Assembly: GCA_030390025.1 (NCBI GenBank)
Contig: JASTWF010000034.1
Span: 6,014,001-6,078,000 of the forward strand
Source of the DNA: Squalus acanthias
Taxonomy: Eukaryota
Length of the DNA stretch: 64,000 bases
Direction: 5' to 3'
The first letter of the stretch is position 1. Every line of letters starts with the position of its first letter. Made by a program: the position numbers and the translations under genes. The notes under the pieces are model-generated. The model ran no database searches. It was not told the origin of the DNA and worked only from the letters and a program-made list of their open reading frames with translations. Below, piece by piece: positions 49,335-63,655 of this stretch.

Positions 49335-52300
49335 CATAGAATCATAGAACGGTACATCACATACAGAGACCATTCGGCCCATCGTGTCCGTGCCGTCTCT
49401 TTGAAAGAGTTATTTATTCAGTCCTAATCTTTAATCAGAGCCCCATAAAAAATTCCCCTTCATCTAATTACCCCATTCCCTTTCGAAATTTACTATTGAA
49501 TCTGCTTCCACCACGTTCTCAGTCAGTGCATTCTAGATCACAACTCACTGCGTAAAGAAAATTCTCATCTCTCCTCTGGTTCTTTTGCCAATTACTTCAA
49601 ATTTGTTTCCTCTGGTTACCCACCATTCTGCCTCTGGAAACAGACTTACTTAATCTATCAAAACCCATGACAATCTGGAATATCTATACTAAATCTCCCC
49701 TGATGGAAAAGGACAAAGAAATACCAGGTTTAAAAATTTCAATTGGGGAAAGGCCAAATTTACTCAGCTGAGATGTGATTTAGGAAAAGTGGACTGGAAA
49801 CAGCTTCTTAATTGGAAATCAGTGCAGAGCTGTGGGAAGCATTCAACGAGGAGATAGTGAGGGCTCAGAGCAAATATATTCCCAAAAAGATAAAGGATGC
49901 GACTTCCAAATCTAGAGTTCCCTGGATGTCAAGGGGAATACAGGGTAGGATAAGGGAACAAAAAGGGAAGCTTCTGTCAGATACCGAGAGCTCAATACTA
50001 CAGAAAGCCTAGAGGGGTATAGAAAGTGCAGGGGTGAAATTAAAAAGTAAATTAGGAAAGCAAAGAGATGGCATCAAAAAATATTGGCAAGTAAAATCAA
50101 GGAAAACCCAAAGATGTTTTATGCGTACATCAAGAGCATGAGGATAACTAAGGAAAGAGTCTGGCCTATTATAGACCAAACAGTGATTCTGTGTGTAGAG
50201 GCGGAAGACATGGATATGGTTCTTAATAAATACTTTGTGTCTGTCTTCACAGAAGAGTGAGATGATGCAGACATTGTAGTTAAGGAGGAGGAGTGTGAAA
50301 TATTAGATGAGACAAACATAGTGAGAGAGGAAACATTAAGATGTTTAGCATCTTTGAAAGTAGATAAATCACGAGGCCCGGATGAAATGTATCCCAGGCA
50401 TTTTAAGGGAGGAAATAGCGGAGGCTCAGACCATCATTTTCCAATCCTCTCTGGCTACAGGCGAAATGCAAGATTAATCAAGGACAGTCAGCATGGTAAT
50501 GTTAAGGGAATGTCGTGTCTGACTAAATGGATTGAATTTTTTGAGGAGGTAATGAGGAGGGTCGATGAGGGGAGTGCATTTGATGTAGTCCACGTAGATA
50601 TTAGTAAGGCCTTTGACAAGGTCCCAAATGACAGGTTGGTCATTGGATCCAAGGGAAAGTGGCAAGTTGGATCCAAAATTGGCTCAGTGGCAGGAAGCAA
50701 ATGTCGTAATGGTCAACGGGTGTTTTTGTGACTGGAAGGTTGTTTCCAGTGGGGTTCCACAGGGCTCAGTACTAGGTCCCCTGCTATTTGTGGTATATAT
50801 TAATGATTTAGACTTCAGTGTTGGGGCCATGATGAAGAAGTTTGCACATGATACAAAAATTGGCCGTGTGGTTGATAGTGATGAAGAAAGCTGTAGACTG
50901 CAAGAAGATATCAATGGACTGGTCAGGTGAGCAGAACAGTGGCAAATGGAGTTCATTTCGGAGAAGTGTGAGGTAATGCATTGGTGGCGGGCTAACAAAA
51001 AGGGAATACACAATAAATGGTAGGATACTGAGAGGTGCAGTGGAACAGACGGACCTTGGAGTACATTTCCACATATCTCTAAAACTATCAGCACATGTAG
51101 ATAGGGTAGTTAAAAAGGCATGTGGGATACGTTGCTTTATTAGTCGAAGCATAGCATATAAAAGCAGGGAGTTTATGCTAGAACTGTATAAAACACCAAT
51201 TAGGCCACAGCTAGAATACTGCGTACAATTTTGGTCAAAACATTACAGGAAAGATGTGATCGCATTTGAGACATTATACAGGAGATTTACGTGGATGTTG
51301 CCAAGACTGGAGAATAGTCTGGGGTTCTTTACTTTGTAACAGAGGAGGCTGAGGGGAGATTTAATTGAGGTGTATAAAATTATGAGGGGCCTAGATAGAG
51401 TGGATAGCAAGCACCTATTTCCCCTGGCAGAGAGGTCAATAACCAAGGAGAATAGATTTAAAGTAATTGGTAGAAGGATTAGACGGGAGATGAGAATTTG
51501 TTTCACCCAGAGGTCGGTGCGGGTCTGAAACTCAAGGCCTGAAAGGGTGGTAGAGGCAGAAACCCTCATCACGTTTAAAACGTACATGGATATGCACTTG
51601 AAGTGCCATCACCTACAGGGCTACGGACCAAGAGCTGGAAAGTGGGATTAAGCTGGAAAGCTCTATTTCGACCGGCGCAGATGCAATGGGCCAAATGGCC
51701 TCCTTCTGTGTCGTAAATTTCGACGATTCTACAATTCTGTAATGTTTAACCTTCGCTGATCTAAAAATAACAATCCCAGCTTCTTCTGTCTCTCCACGTA
51801 ATTGAAGATCCAGATCCCTGGTACCATTCTGGTAAATCTCCTCTACACCTTCTCTAATCCTTGACATGCTTGCCAAAGTGTGGTGCTCAGAATTGGACAC
51901 AATACTCCAGCTGGGGTCTAACCAATGCTTTTTAAAAGGTTAACATTTCTACCTGGATTGTGTTACTCTGTGTCTCTGTTTGTAAAGCCAAGGACTCCAT
52001 ATGCTTTATTAACAGCCATCGCTAATTGTCCTGCCACCTTCAATGATTTGTGTAAGTACACACCAGGTCTCTCTGATCGCGCACCCGCTTTGAAATTGTA
52101 CCGTTTAGTTGATATTGCCTCTGCTCATGCTTCCTACCAACATGTATCACTTCACCCTTCTCTGTGTTAAATTGTATCTGCCATGTGTCTGCCCATTTCA
52201 CCAGTCTGTCTGCGACCTCCTGAATTTCTGTTACTATCATTCTCACTGTTTATTAACATTTCCGAGTTTTCTGTCATTTTCAAACTTTGAAATCATGCGC
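49335..52300. mobile_element. Cluster of decayed CR1 pieces: minus 49335-49700, plus 49700-51740, minus 51745-52300
   Basis: KVDKSRGPDEMYPR, SGVPQGSVLGPLLFVVYIND, RPQLEYCVQFW. Confidence 0.88.
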
Positions 52301-52977
52301 TGTCATAGAGTCATCGATAGTTATAGTTATACAGCACAGAAAGGGGCCCTTCGGCCCATTGTGTCCGCGCCGGCCATCAAGCCTATCTATTCTATTCCCA
52401 TTTTCCAGCACTTGGTCCGTAGCCTTGTATGCTGTGGCGTTTCAAGTGCTCATTTAAATAATTATTGAATGCTGCGTTGGTTCCTGTCTCTACCACCCTT
52501 TCAGGCAGTGAGTTTAAGATTCCAACCACACTCTGTTTGAAAAAGTTTTTCCTCCAATCCCCTCTAAACCTCCTGCCCCTTACCTTGAAACTATGTGCCC
52601 TGGTGATGGACCCTTCTATTAAGGGGGAAATTCCTTTCTATCTACCCTATCTATGCCCCTCATAATTTTGTACACCTCAATCAGGTCCCCCCGCAGCCTT
52701 CTCTGCTCTAAGGAAAGCAACCCCAGCCTGTCCAGTCTCTCTTCATTGCTGAAGCGCTCCAGCCCAGGTAACATCCTGGTGAATCTCCTCTGCACCCTCT
52801 CCAATGCAATCACATCCTTCCTATAGTGTGGCGATCAGAACTACACACCGTATTCCAGCTGTGGCCTAACTAGCATTTTGTACATCTCCAACACAACCTC
52901 CCTGCTCTTATATTCTATGCGTCGGCTAATGAAGGCAAGTATCCCATATGCCTTTTTAACCACCTTATCTACCTGTC

Positions 52978-54483
52978 TTCCAAAATTCTATCCACTCTAG
53001 AACAGTTCCCATGGATTGGAGGGTAGCGAATATAACCCCACAATTTAAAAAAGGTGGGAGAGAGAAAACGGGGAATTATAGACTGGTAAGCCTGACATCG
53101 GTAGTGGGGGAAATGCTAGAGTCCATTATAAAATATGTAATAGCAAAGCACTTGGAAACCAGTGACAGGATCGGACAAAGTCAACATGGATTTACAAAAG
53201 GTAAATCATGCTTGACTAATCGAGTGGAATTTTTGAGGATGGAACTGTTAGAATAGATAAGGGAGAACCAGTGGATGTGGTGTATTTGGACTTCCAGAAG
53301 GCTTTCGATAAGGTCCCGCATAAGAGATTAGCGTGTAAAGTTAAGGCACATGGGATTGGGGGCAAGGTATTGACTTGGATAGAGAACTGGTTGGCAGACA
53401 GAAAGCAAAGAGTTGGAATAAATGGGTCTTTTTCCGAGTGGCAGGCAGTGACTAGTGGGGTACCGCAGGGATCAGTGCTATGACCCCAGTTATTCACAAT
53501 ATATATTAATGATCTAGATGAGGGAACTAGATGCAATATCTCCAAGTTTGCAGATGACACAAAGCTGGGTGAGTGTGTGTGCCGTGAGGAGGATGCCGAG
53601 AAACTCCAGGATGATTTGGACAGGTTGGGTGATTGGTCGGATGCATGGCAGATGCAATACAATGTGGATAAATGCGTGGTTATCCACTTTGGTGGCAAAA
53701 ACAGGAAAGCAGATTATTATCTGAACGGCAATAGATTGGGAAAAGGGGAAGGGCAACGATCCTGGGAGTCCTTGTGCACCAGTCGTTGAAGGTAAGCATG
53801 CAGGTGCAGCAGGCGGTTAAGAAGGCAAATGGTATGTTGGCCTTCATAGCGAGAGGATTCGAGTACAGGAGCAAGGAGTTCTTGCTGCAGTTGTACAGAG
53901 CCTTGCTGAGACCACAACTTAAGTATTGTGTGCAGTTTTGGTCGCCTTATCTGAGGAAGGATGTTCTTGCCATGGAGGGAGTGCAGCGAAGATTTACCAG
54001 ACTGATACCTGGGATGGCAGGAATGACGTATGAAGAGAGATTGGATCGATTGGGATTATACTCGCTGGAGTTTATAAGAATGAGAGGGGATCTCACTGAA
54101 ACTTATAAAATTCTAACAGGACTAGACAGACTAGATGCAGGAAGGATGTTCCCGATGGCGGGGGAGTCCAGAACCAGGGGTCACAGTCTAAGGATAAGGG
54201 GTAAGCCATTTAGGACTGAGATGAGGAGGAATTTCTTCACCCAGAGAGTGGTGAACCTGTGAAATTCTCTACCACAGAAGGCAGTAGAGGCCAATTCATT
54301 AAATATATTCAAGAAGGTGTTAGATATATTTCTTAAGGCTAAAGAGATCAAGGATATGGGGAGAAAGCAGGGACAGGGTACCAAATTTGGATGATCAGCC
54401 ATGATCTCATTAAATGGCGGAGCAGGCTTGATGGGCTGAATGGCCTACTCCTGCTCCTATCTGCTATATTTCTATGTTTCTAT
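52978..54483 (+). mobile_element. 5'-truncated CR1 nested inside the minus-strand CR1
   Basis: DWRVANITP to ttctatg tail; same subfamily as 28288-32252; tgtc at both junctions. Confidence 0.93.
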
Positions 54484-54640
54484 GTCCTGCTGTCTTCAGG
54501 GATCTATGTACATGCACACCAAGATCCCTCTGGTCCTCTGTCCTTCCTAGGGTCTTCCCATTCATTGCGTATTTCCTTGCCTTGTTAGTCCTCCCAAAAT
54601 GTATCACCTCACACTTTTCCGGGTTAAATTCAGTTTGCCC

Positions 54641-57600
54641 CTGTTTGCGATTCAAAACGTGACGCGGGCAAGAGGAAACAGCTGATTGAGTGAGTACAGC
54701 CAGGTGAGTATTTACACGACTCCATAGTTTGACAGTTAAGGTTAATAGTTTATAAACTTTAGAAGGTCTTAATTTTGTGGTTATAGTTTCTAAGGTCTCA
54801 GTTGTGTAGCGGGGAGTGCTAGTAAACAATGGCCCTTGACTTTATCATTTAATTGCAGTGTTATTTGTAGCATTGATTTGATTTAATTTAATTTAAATTA
54901 TTTAAAGGTACGTCATGGCAGCACAGCTCGGCCCCGTGGTATGCTCCTCCTGCAGTTTGTGGGCAATCAGGGACACTTCCTGTGTCCCTGACGACCATGT
55001 GTGCGGGAAGTGAATCCAGCTGCAGCTGCTGGCAGACCGCATTGCGGCGCTGAAGCTGCGAATGGATACATACTGGGGCATTCGCGATGCTGAGGACATG
55101 GTGGATATCACGTTTAATGAGTTGGTTACACCGCAGGTAAACGCTGCACAGGAAGGAAGGGAATGGGTGACCGCCAGGCAGAGTAGTAGGCGCAGGCAGG
55201 TAGTGCAGTGGTCGCCTGTGGCCATCCCCCTCTCAAACAGATATACCGCTTTGGATATTGTTGAGGAGGATGGCTTATGGGGGAAGACAGCTGCAGCCAA
55301 CTTCCTGGCACCATGGGTGGTTCTGCTCCACAGGACGGGAGGAAAAAGAGCAGGAGAGCTATAGTGATAGGGGATTCTATTGTAAGGGGAATAGATAGGC
55401 GTTTCTGCGGCCGCAAACGAGACTCCAGGATGGTATGTTGCCTCCCTGGTGCAAGGGTCAAGGATGTCTCGGAGTGGCTGCAGGGTATTCTGGATGGGGA
55501 GGGTGAACAGCCAGTTGTCGTGGTGCATATAGGTACCAACGACATAGGTAAAAAACGGGATGAGGTCCTAAAAGCTCAATATAGGGAGTTAAGAGGTAAA
55601 TTATAAAATAGGACCTCAATCTCAGGATTGCTACCAGTGCCACGGAATAGTCAGAGTAGAAATAGAAGGATATTTCAGCTGAGTACGTGGCTGGAAGAAT
55701 GGTGCAAGGAGGAGGGATTCAAATTCCTGGGACATTGGAAACGGTTCTGGGGGAGGTGGGACCAGTACAAACTGGAAAGTTTGCACCTGGGCAGGACCGG
55801 GACCGATGTCCTAGGAGGAGTGCTTGCTAGTTCTGTTCAGGAGGGTTTAAACTAAAATGGCAGGGGGTTGGGAACCTGTGCAGGGAGACAGAGGAAATGG
55901 GAGCAAGGATAGAAGCAAAAGACAGGAAGGAGAAAAGCAAAAGTGGAAGTCAGAGAAAGCAAGGGTGTAAATCAAACATGGCCACAGTAAACAATAATTC
56001 TAAAAGGTCTAAGAGTGATAAGTAAACAAGCCTGAAGGCTTTGTGTCTTAATGCGAGGAGCATTCGTAATAAGGTGGATGAATTAGCTGCGCAAATAGAT
56101 GTAAACGGATATGATATAATTGGGATTACAGAGACATGGCTCCAGGGTGACCAAGGCTGGGAATTCAACATCCAGGGGTATTCAATATTCAGGAAGAACA
56201 GGCAAAGAGGAAAAGGAGGCGGTGTAGCATTGCTGGTTAAAGAGTTAATTCACACAATAGTAAGGAAGGATATTAGCTCGGATGATGTCGAATCTGTATG
56301 GGTGGAGCTGAGAAATACCAAGGGGCAGAAAACGTTAGTGGGATTTGTATACAAACCCCCAAACAGTCATGCTGAGGTTGGGGATGGCATTACACGGGAA
56401 ATTAGAGATGCGTGCAATAAGGGCACAGCAGTTATCATGGGTGACTTTAATCTACATTTCGATTGGGCTAATCAAATTAGTAACACTACTGTGGAAAAGG
56501 AATTCCTAGCGTGTATACGGGATGGCTTCCTGGACCAATATGTCGAGGAACCAACTAGAGATCAGGCCATCTTAGACTGGGTATTATGTAATGAGAAAGG
56601 ATAAATGAGCAATCTTGTTGTGCGAGGCCCCTTGGGGAGGAGCGATCATAAAATGATAGAATTCTTCATTAAGATGGAGAGTGAAGTTGTAGTTGACTCA
56701 GAAACTTGGGCACTGACTTTCAATAAAGGAAACTGTGATGGTATGAGGCGCGAGTTGGCTAGGATGGATTGAGGAATGTTACTTCAAGGGTTGATGGTGG
56801 ATAGGCAATGGCAAACATTTAAAGATCGCATGGATGAACTACAGAATTTCTTCATCCCTGTTTGGCATAAAAATAAAACAAAAAAGGTGACTCAACCGTG
56901 GCTAACAAGGGAAATTAGGGATAGCATAAGATCCAAGGAGAGACCATATAAATTGGTCACAAAAAGCAGCAAACTTGAGAATTGGGAGCAGTTTAGGATT
57001 CAGCAAAGGAGGACAAAGGGATTAATTAAGAGCGGGAAAATAGAGTATGAGAGTTAGCTTGCAGGGAACATAAAAACTGACTGTAAAAATTCCATAGATA
57101 TGTGAAGAGAAAAAGATTGGTGAAGTCAAGCGTAGGAACCTTGCAGTCAGAATCAGGGAAATTTATAATGGGGAACAAAGAAATGGCAGATCAATTAAAT
57201 ATATACTTTGGTTCTGTCTTCACAAAGGAGGACTCAAATAAACTCTCAGCGATGTCGGGGAACATAGGGTCTAATAAGGGAGGAACTGAATGAAATCAGT
57301 ATTTGAAGGGAAATTGACGTGATTGAAGGCCGATAAATCCCCAGGGCCTGATAATCTACATCCTAGGTTACTTCAGGAAGTGGCCCTAGAAATAGTCGAT
57401 GCATTGCTGGTCATGTTCCAAAATTCTATAGACTGTGGAACAGTTCCCATGGATTGGAGGGTAGCTAATATAACCCCACTATATTAACAAGCTGGTAGAG
57501 AGAAAACGGGGAATTATAGACCGGTAAGCTTGACATCGGTAGTGGGGAAAATGCTAGAGTCCATTATAAAAGATGTAATAGCAGAGCACTTGGAAAACAG

Positions 57601-58920
57601 TGACAGGATCGGACAAAGTCAACATGGATTTACAAAAGGTAAATCATGCTTGACTAATCTACTGGAATTTTTTGAGGATGTAACTGGTAGAATAGGTAAG
57701 GGAGAACCAGTGGATGTGGTGTATTTGGACTTTCAGAAGGCTTTCGATCAGATCCCGCATAAGAGATTAGCGTGCAAAGTTAAGGCACATGGGATTGGGG
57801 GCAAGGTATTGACTTGGATAGAGAACTGGTTGGCAGACAGGAAGCAAAGAGTTGGAATAAACGGGTCTTTTTCCGAGTGGCAGGCAGTTACTAGTGAGCG
57901 TTCGCAGGGATCGGTGCTAGGACCCCAGCTATTCACAGTATATATTAATAATCTAGATGAGGGAACTAGATGTAATATCTCCAAGTTTTCAGACGACACA
58001 AAGCTGGGTGGGTGTGTGTGCTGTGTGAGGAGGATGCAGAGAAACTCCAATATGATTTGCACAGGTTGGGTGATTGATCAGATGCATGGCAGATGCAGTA
58101 TAATGTGGATAAATACGAGGTTTTCCACTTTGGTGGCAAAAACAGGAAGACAGATTATTATCTGAACGGCAATAGATTGGGAGAAGGGGAAGTGCAACGA
58201 GACGTGCGTGTCCTTGTGCACCAGTCGCTGAAGGTAAGCATGCAGGTGCAGCAGGCAGTTAAGAAGGCAAATGGTATGTTGGCCTTCACAGCGAGAGGAT
58301 TCGAGTACAGGAGCAAGGATGTCTTGCTGCAGTTGCACAGAGCCTTGGTGAGACCACACCTTGAGTATTGTGTGCAGTTGTGGTCGTCTTATCTGAGGAA
58401 GGATGTTCTTGCCATGGAGGGAGTGCAGCGAAGATTCACCAGACTGATACCTGGGATGGCAGGAATGACGTATGAAGAGAGATTGTTTCGATTAGGCTTA
58501 TAGTCGCTAGAGTTTAGAAGAATCAGAGGGGATCTCATTGAAACTCATAAAATTCTAACAGGACTAGACAGACTAGATGCAGGAAGGATGTTCCCGATGG
58601 CGGGGGAGTCCAAAACCAGGGGTCACAGTCTAAGGATAAGGGGTAAGCCATTTAGGACTGAGATGAGGAGGAATTTCTTCACCCAGAGAGTGGTGATCCT
58701 GTGAAATTCTCTACCACAGAAGGCAGTTGAGGCCAATTTATTAAATATATTCAAGAAGGAGTTACATATATTTCTTAAGGCTAAAGTGATCAAGGGTTAT
58801 GGGGAGAAAGCAGGGACAGGGTTCTGAATTTGGATGATCAGCCATGATCGCATTGAATATCGGAGCAGGCTCGAGGGGCCGAATGGACTACTCCTGCTCC
58901 TATCTTCTATGTTTCTATGT
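54641..58920 (+). mobile_element. Full-length CR1 (5' UTR, ORF1 ATG 54915 with CxxC finger, ORF2, tail), inactivated and nested
   Basis: MAAQLGPVVCSSC...; esterase, APE and RT motifs; ttctatgt tail; tgtt at both junctions. Confidence 0.95.
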
Positions 58921-61900
58921 TCTACCCATCTAACCAAACCGTCTATATCGTCCTGTAGCCTGAGGCTTCCGTCCTCGCTTTTTACCACTCCACCAATTTT
59001 CGTGTCATCTGCGAACTTGCTGATCATACCTCCTACATTCATATCTGAATCATTAATGTACACTACAAACAGCAAAGGTCCCAGCACCGATCCCTGCGGT
59101 ACACCACTGGACCCAGGCATCAAGTCACAAAAACATCCTTCGACCATCACACTCTGCCTCCTGCCACTAAACCAATTTTCGATCCAATGTGCCAAATTGC
59201 CCTGGATCCCATGGGCTCTTACCTTCTTGACCAGTCTCTCATGTGGGACGTTGACAAAAGCTTTACTGAAGACCATGTAGACGACATCAACTGCACGACC
59301 CTCATCCAGAAACCTAGTCACTTCAATCAAATCGCTTAGAACTGATCTCCCCCTTCCAAAGCCATGCTGACTATCCTTGATCAATCCTTGCCTCTTCAAG
59401 TGTAGACTAACTCTGTCCCTCTGAATTTTTTCAAAGAATTTCCCTACCACTGATGTTAGGCTCAATGGCCTGTAATTCCCTGGTTCACCCCTACTAACCT
59501 TCTTGAACAATGGTACTATGTTAGCTGTTCTCCAGTCATCTGGCACCTGCCCTGTGGTCAGAGAGGTTCTGAAAATTTATGTCAGAGCCCCTGCAGTCTC
59601 CTCCCTTGCCTCACACTGCAGCCTGCGATACATGTCGTCTGGGCCTGGGGATTTATCCACTTTTATGCCCGCTAAAACCGCAATACCTCCTCCCTCTCAA
59701 ACCTAATTTATTCAAGTATACCACAATCGCCTTGCCTGATTTCTATGCCTACATCGTCCATCTCCATAGTGAACACAGATGCAAAATATTCATTTAAAAC
59801 CTCACCCACATCTTCTGGCTCTACACACAGATTACCACTTTGGTCCCTAATGGGCCCTACTCTTTCCCTGGTTATCCTCTTGCCCTTAATATACTTACAA
59901 AACACCTTGGGATTTTCCTTTTTTTTGCCCGCCAGTGTTTTTTTTCATGCCCCCTCTTCGCTCTCCTAATTTCTTTTTTAAGTACCCCCCTGCACTTTCT
60001 ATACTCCTCTAGGGCTTCCACTGTTTCTAGTCCTTTGTATCTGCCTAAAGCCTCTCTTTCTTTCCCAATCCATTCTTGTATATCCCTTGACATCCAGGGT
60101 TCCCTGGGCTTGTTGGTCCCAACCTTGACTTTTACGGGAACATGTTGGTGTTGTACTCTCTCTATTTCCTTTCTGAAAGAGTACCACTGCTCTGATGTGG
60201 ATTTTCCTACAAGTAGCTGATCCTAGTCCACTTTGGCCAGATCCTGCCTTATCATATTAAAATTGGCCTTCCCCCAATTTAGAACCATTATTCCGGTCCA
60301 TCTTTGTCCTTTTCAATGACTACCTTAAATCTCACCGAATTATGGTCACTGTCACCAAAATGCTCTCCTACTAACACTTCTACCACTTGCATGGCTACAT
60401 TCCCTAGAATTAGGTCCAGAACTGCCCCCTCTCTTGTAGCACTTTCTATATGCTGGCTTAAAAAGCTCTCCTGGATGCACTTTAAGAATTCCGCACCCTC
60501 TAAGCCTTTCACACTCTGACTATCCCAGTTAATATTGCGGAAGTTGAAATCCCCTACTATTATTACCCTATTATTTAGACACTTCTCTGAGATTTGCCTA
60601 CATATCTGTTCTTCTATCTCCCCCTGACTGTTTGGGGCCCTGTAGTACACTCCCAGCAAAGTGCTTGCCCACTTTTTGGTTTTAAGTTCTACCCATATGG
60701 CCTCCTTAGAGGAACCTGCTAAGATATCATCCCTCCTTACTGCAGTAATTGACTCCTTGATTAATATTGAGACACCCCCTCCTCTTTTACACACCCTCTG
60801 TCTCGCCTGAAGATTCTATACCCCGGAATATTGAGCTGCCTGTCCTGCCCCTCCCTCAACCATGTATCTGTGATAGCAACAATATCATACTCCCATGTGT
60901 TCATCAACACCTTCAATTCATCTGCCTTACTCGCAAGACTCCTTGCATTAAAATAAATGCCCACCAGGCTTGCCTTACATTCTTGTGCCGTTACATATTT
61001 GCTCTGCCTTCCAGGCTGACTTGTTTTTTCCTCTATATTTGGCTGTGCATCACCCCCTACTATAGCTCCACTCCGTATCCCATCCCTCTGCCAAGTTAGT
61101 TTAAACACCACCCACCACGCCCCCGCCAACAGCACTAGCAAACCTCCCCGCAAGGATGTTGGTCCCGTTCCGGTTCAGGTGCAACCCGTCCAAATTGTAC
61201 AGGTCCCACCTTCCCCAGAAGCAGACCCAGTGATCCAGGAAACGAAAGCCCTCCCTCCTGCACCAACTCTTTAGCCACCCATTCATCTGCTCTATTCTCC
61301 TATTCCTATACTCACTAGCAAGTGGCACCGGGAGTAAAACAGAGATTACAACCTTTGAGGTCCTGCTTTTTAATCTGCTACCTAGCTCCCTAAATTCTTG
61401 TTGCAGGACCTCATCCCTCTTTTTACCCATGTCGTTGGTACCAATGTGGATTAAGACCTCTGACTGTTCGCCCTCCCCCTTCAGAATACCCTGCAGCCGT
61501 TCAGTGACATCCTTGAACCTGGCACCAGGGAGGCAACATACCATCCTGGAGTCACGTCTGCGGCCACAGAAACGTCTATCTGTTCCCCTTACGATAGAAT
61601 CCCCTGTCACTATTGCTCTCCCACTCTTTCCCCCCCCCACGCCTCCTGTGGTGCTGAGCCACTCGTAGTGCCATGGACTTGGCTCTTGCTGCATTCCCCT
61701 GAGAAACCCTCTCCCCCATCAGTATCCAAAATGGAAAATCTGTTGGAGAGGGAGATGGACCTTGGGGACTCCTGTGCTGCCTTCCTAGTTCTTTTACACT
61801 GTCTGGCGGTCATCTCTTTCCTATCTGCCTGTGCACTCTTTACCTGCGGTGTGACCACCTCGTTAAATGTTCTATCCACGAAGATCTCAGCTTCGCGGAT

Positions 61901-62327
61901 GCTCCACAGTGACTATAGTCGCAGCTCCAGCTCCGAAACGCGGTTTTCGAGTAGCTGCAGCTGGGGTCACTTCCTGCACATGTGTTCGCCCCGGACACCT
62001 AAAGTGTCCCTGTCTTCCAACATAGCACAGCAGGAGCACTCCACGCTGCCGAGCTGCCCTGCCATGTCCTACCCATAATTTACTCCCTTTAAATTAAAGA
62101 ATATTAAATACACTAGGGACCTTACTTCCCTTTAAACACTACTTGCTCTAAACTCGAGACCTTACTTTTACTTTAACGACTGGATTGTAGAAATACTGAC
62201 CGGGTCTTGGAAGCTGACAAAGACATAAAAAGAAAGGAACACATCCCTCCATGAACTCCCTCACTCACCAAACTCGCAGCTTAACACTCGGTTCCAAGCT
62301 GCACTCCATGACAAACTGCACTCAAGC

Positions 62328-63180
62328 CAGTACTGAGGGAGTGCTGCATTGTTGGAGGGGCAGTACTGAGGGAGTGCATCTCTGTCAGAGGGGCAGTACT
62401 GAGGGAGCACTGCACTGTCAGAGGGGCAGTACTGAGGGAGCGCATCACTGTCAGAGGGTCAGTACTGAGTGAGCGCATCTCTGTCAGAGGGGCAGTACTG
62501 AGGGAGCACTGCACTGTCAGAGGGGCAGTACTGAGGGAGCGCATCACTGTCAGAGGGTCAGTACTGAGTGAGCGCATCTCTGTCAGAGGGGCAGTACTGA
62601 GGGAGCACTGCACTGTCGGAGGGGCAGTACTGAGGGAGCGCATCACTGTCAGAGGGTCAGTACTGAGGGAGCGCATCACTGTCAGAGGGGCAGTACTGAG
62701 GGAGTGCTGCATTGTTGGAGGGGCAGTACTGAGGGAGTGCATCTCTGTCAGAGGGGCAGTACTAAGGGAGCGCCGCACTGTCAGAGGGGCAGTACTGAGG
62801 GAGCACATCTCTCTCAGAGGGTCAGTACTGAGGGAGCGCATCACTGTCAGAGGGTCAGTACAGAGGGAGCGCATCACTGTCAGAGGGGCAGTACTGAGGG
62901 AGCACTGCACTGTCAGAGGGGCAGTACTGAGGGAGCACTGCACTGTCAGAGGGGCAGTACTGAGGGAGCACTGCACTGTCAGAGGGGCAGTACTGAGGGA
63001 GCACTGCACTGTCAGAGGGGCAGTACTGAGGGATCACTGCACTGTCGGAGGGGCAGTACTGAGTGAGCACTGCACTGTCGGAGGGGCAGTACTGAGGGAG
63101 CACTGCACTGTCAGAGGGGCAGTGCTGAGGGAGCACTGCACTGTCAGAGGGGCAGTACTGAGGTAGCACTGCACTGTCAG
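62328..63180. repeat. 33-bp minisatellite (cagtactgagggagcactgcactgtcagagggg), ~26 copies, resembling the Deu-SINE core
   Basis: 11-aa-periodic ORFs (STEGALHCQRG); the unit resembles CAGTACTGAGGGAGTGCTGCACTGTCGGAGG of AmnSINE1/SacSINE1 as I recall it. Confidence 0.9.
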
Positions 63181-63199
63181 ATAGGTAGGTTGGTGAGGA

Positions 63200-63655
63200 C
63201 GTGGTCAAGCAGCCTAATCTCTCATCTTGGGTCTCCCACCACCTGCCGCAATCCCAGTCTGGCAGCTGTGTTCTTCAGGGCTCGGTTAATGATGGTACTT
63301 CCGAGCCACTCTTGGTGATGGACATTGAAGTTTCCCCCTCCCGACCCAGAGTATAATTTGCGCTTTTTCTGCTCTCGGTGCTCCCATCAACTGGTGTTCA
63401 ACATGAAGATGTGCCGATTCATCAGCTGAGGGAGGGCGGTAGGTGGTAATCGGCAGGAAGTTACCTTGCCCATGTCTGACTGGAAGCCATCAGACTTCAT
63501 TATATCCTCAGGCAATGTTGAGGACTCACAGGGTTTCTCCCTCCCGATTGTATACCCCTGTGTCCCCACCTCTGGTGGGTCTGTGCAGACCCTGGAATGG
63601 TGATGGAGGGTTTGAGAATGTTGACTGACAGGTATGGTTCTGTGAGTATGATTAT
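63200..63655 (-). mobile_element. LINE APE endonuclease fragment
   Basis: Minus strand gives TTYRPPSADES and FNVHHQEWLGST. Confidence 0.75.

Larger units (their letters stand above)
52305..62295 (-). mobile_element. Full-length minus-strand CR1 split into three pieces (52305-52977, 54483-54640, 58919-62295); ORF1 ATG at 62065
   Basis: The pieces rejoin into one sequence colinear with the 16212-17890 copy; ORF1 GDSIVRG...HIGTND...DGLHL; ORF2 FNARSL, ITDTWL, GDFN, SDHN, GVPQGSVLGP, FADD. Confidence 0.9.

Noticed and set aside
62281..63208. Cys/His-periodic ORFs resembling zinc fingers
   Set aside because: Translation of a 33-bp minisatellite with no C2H2 spacing
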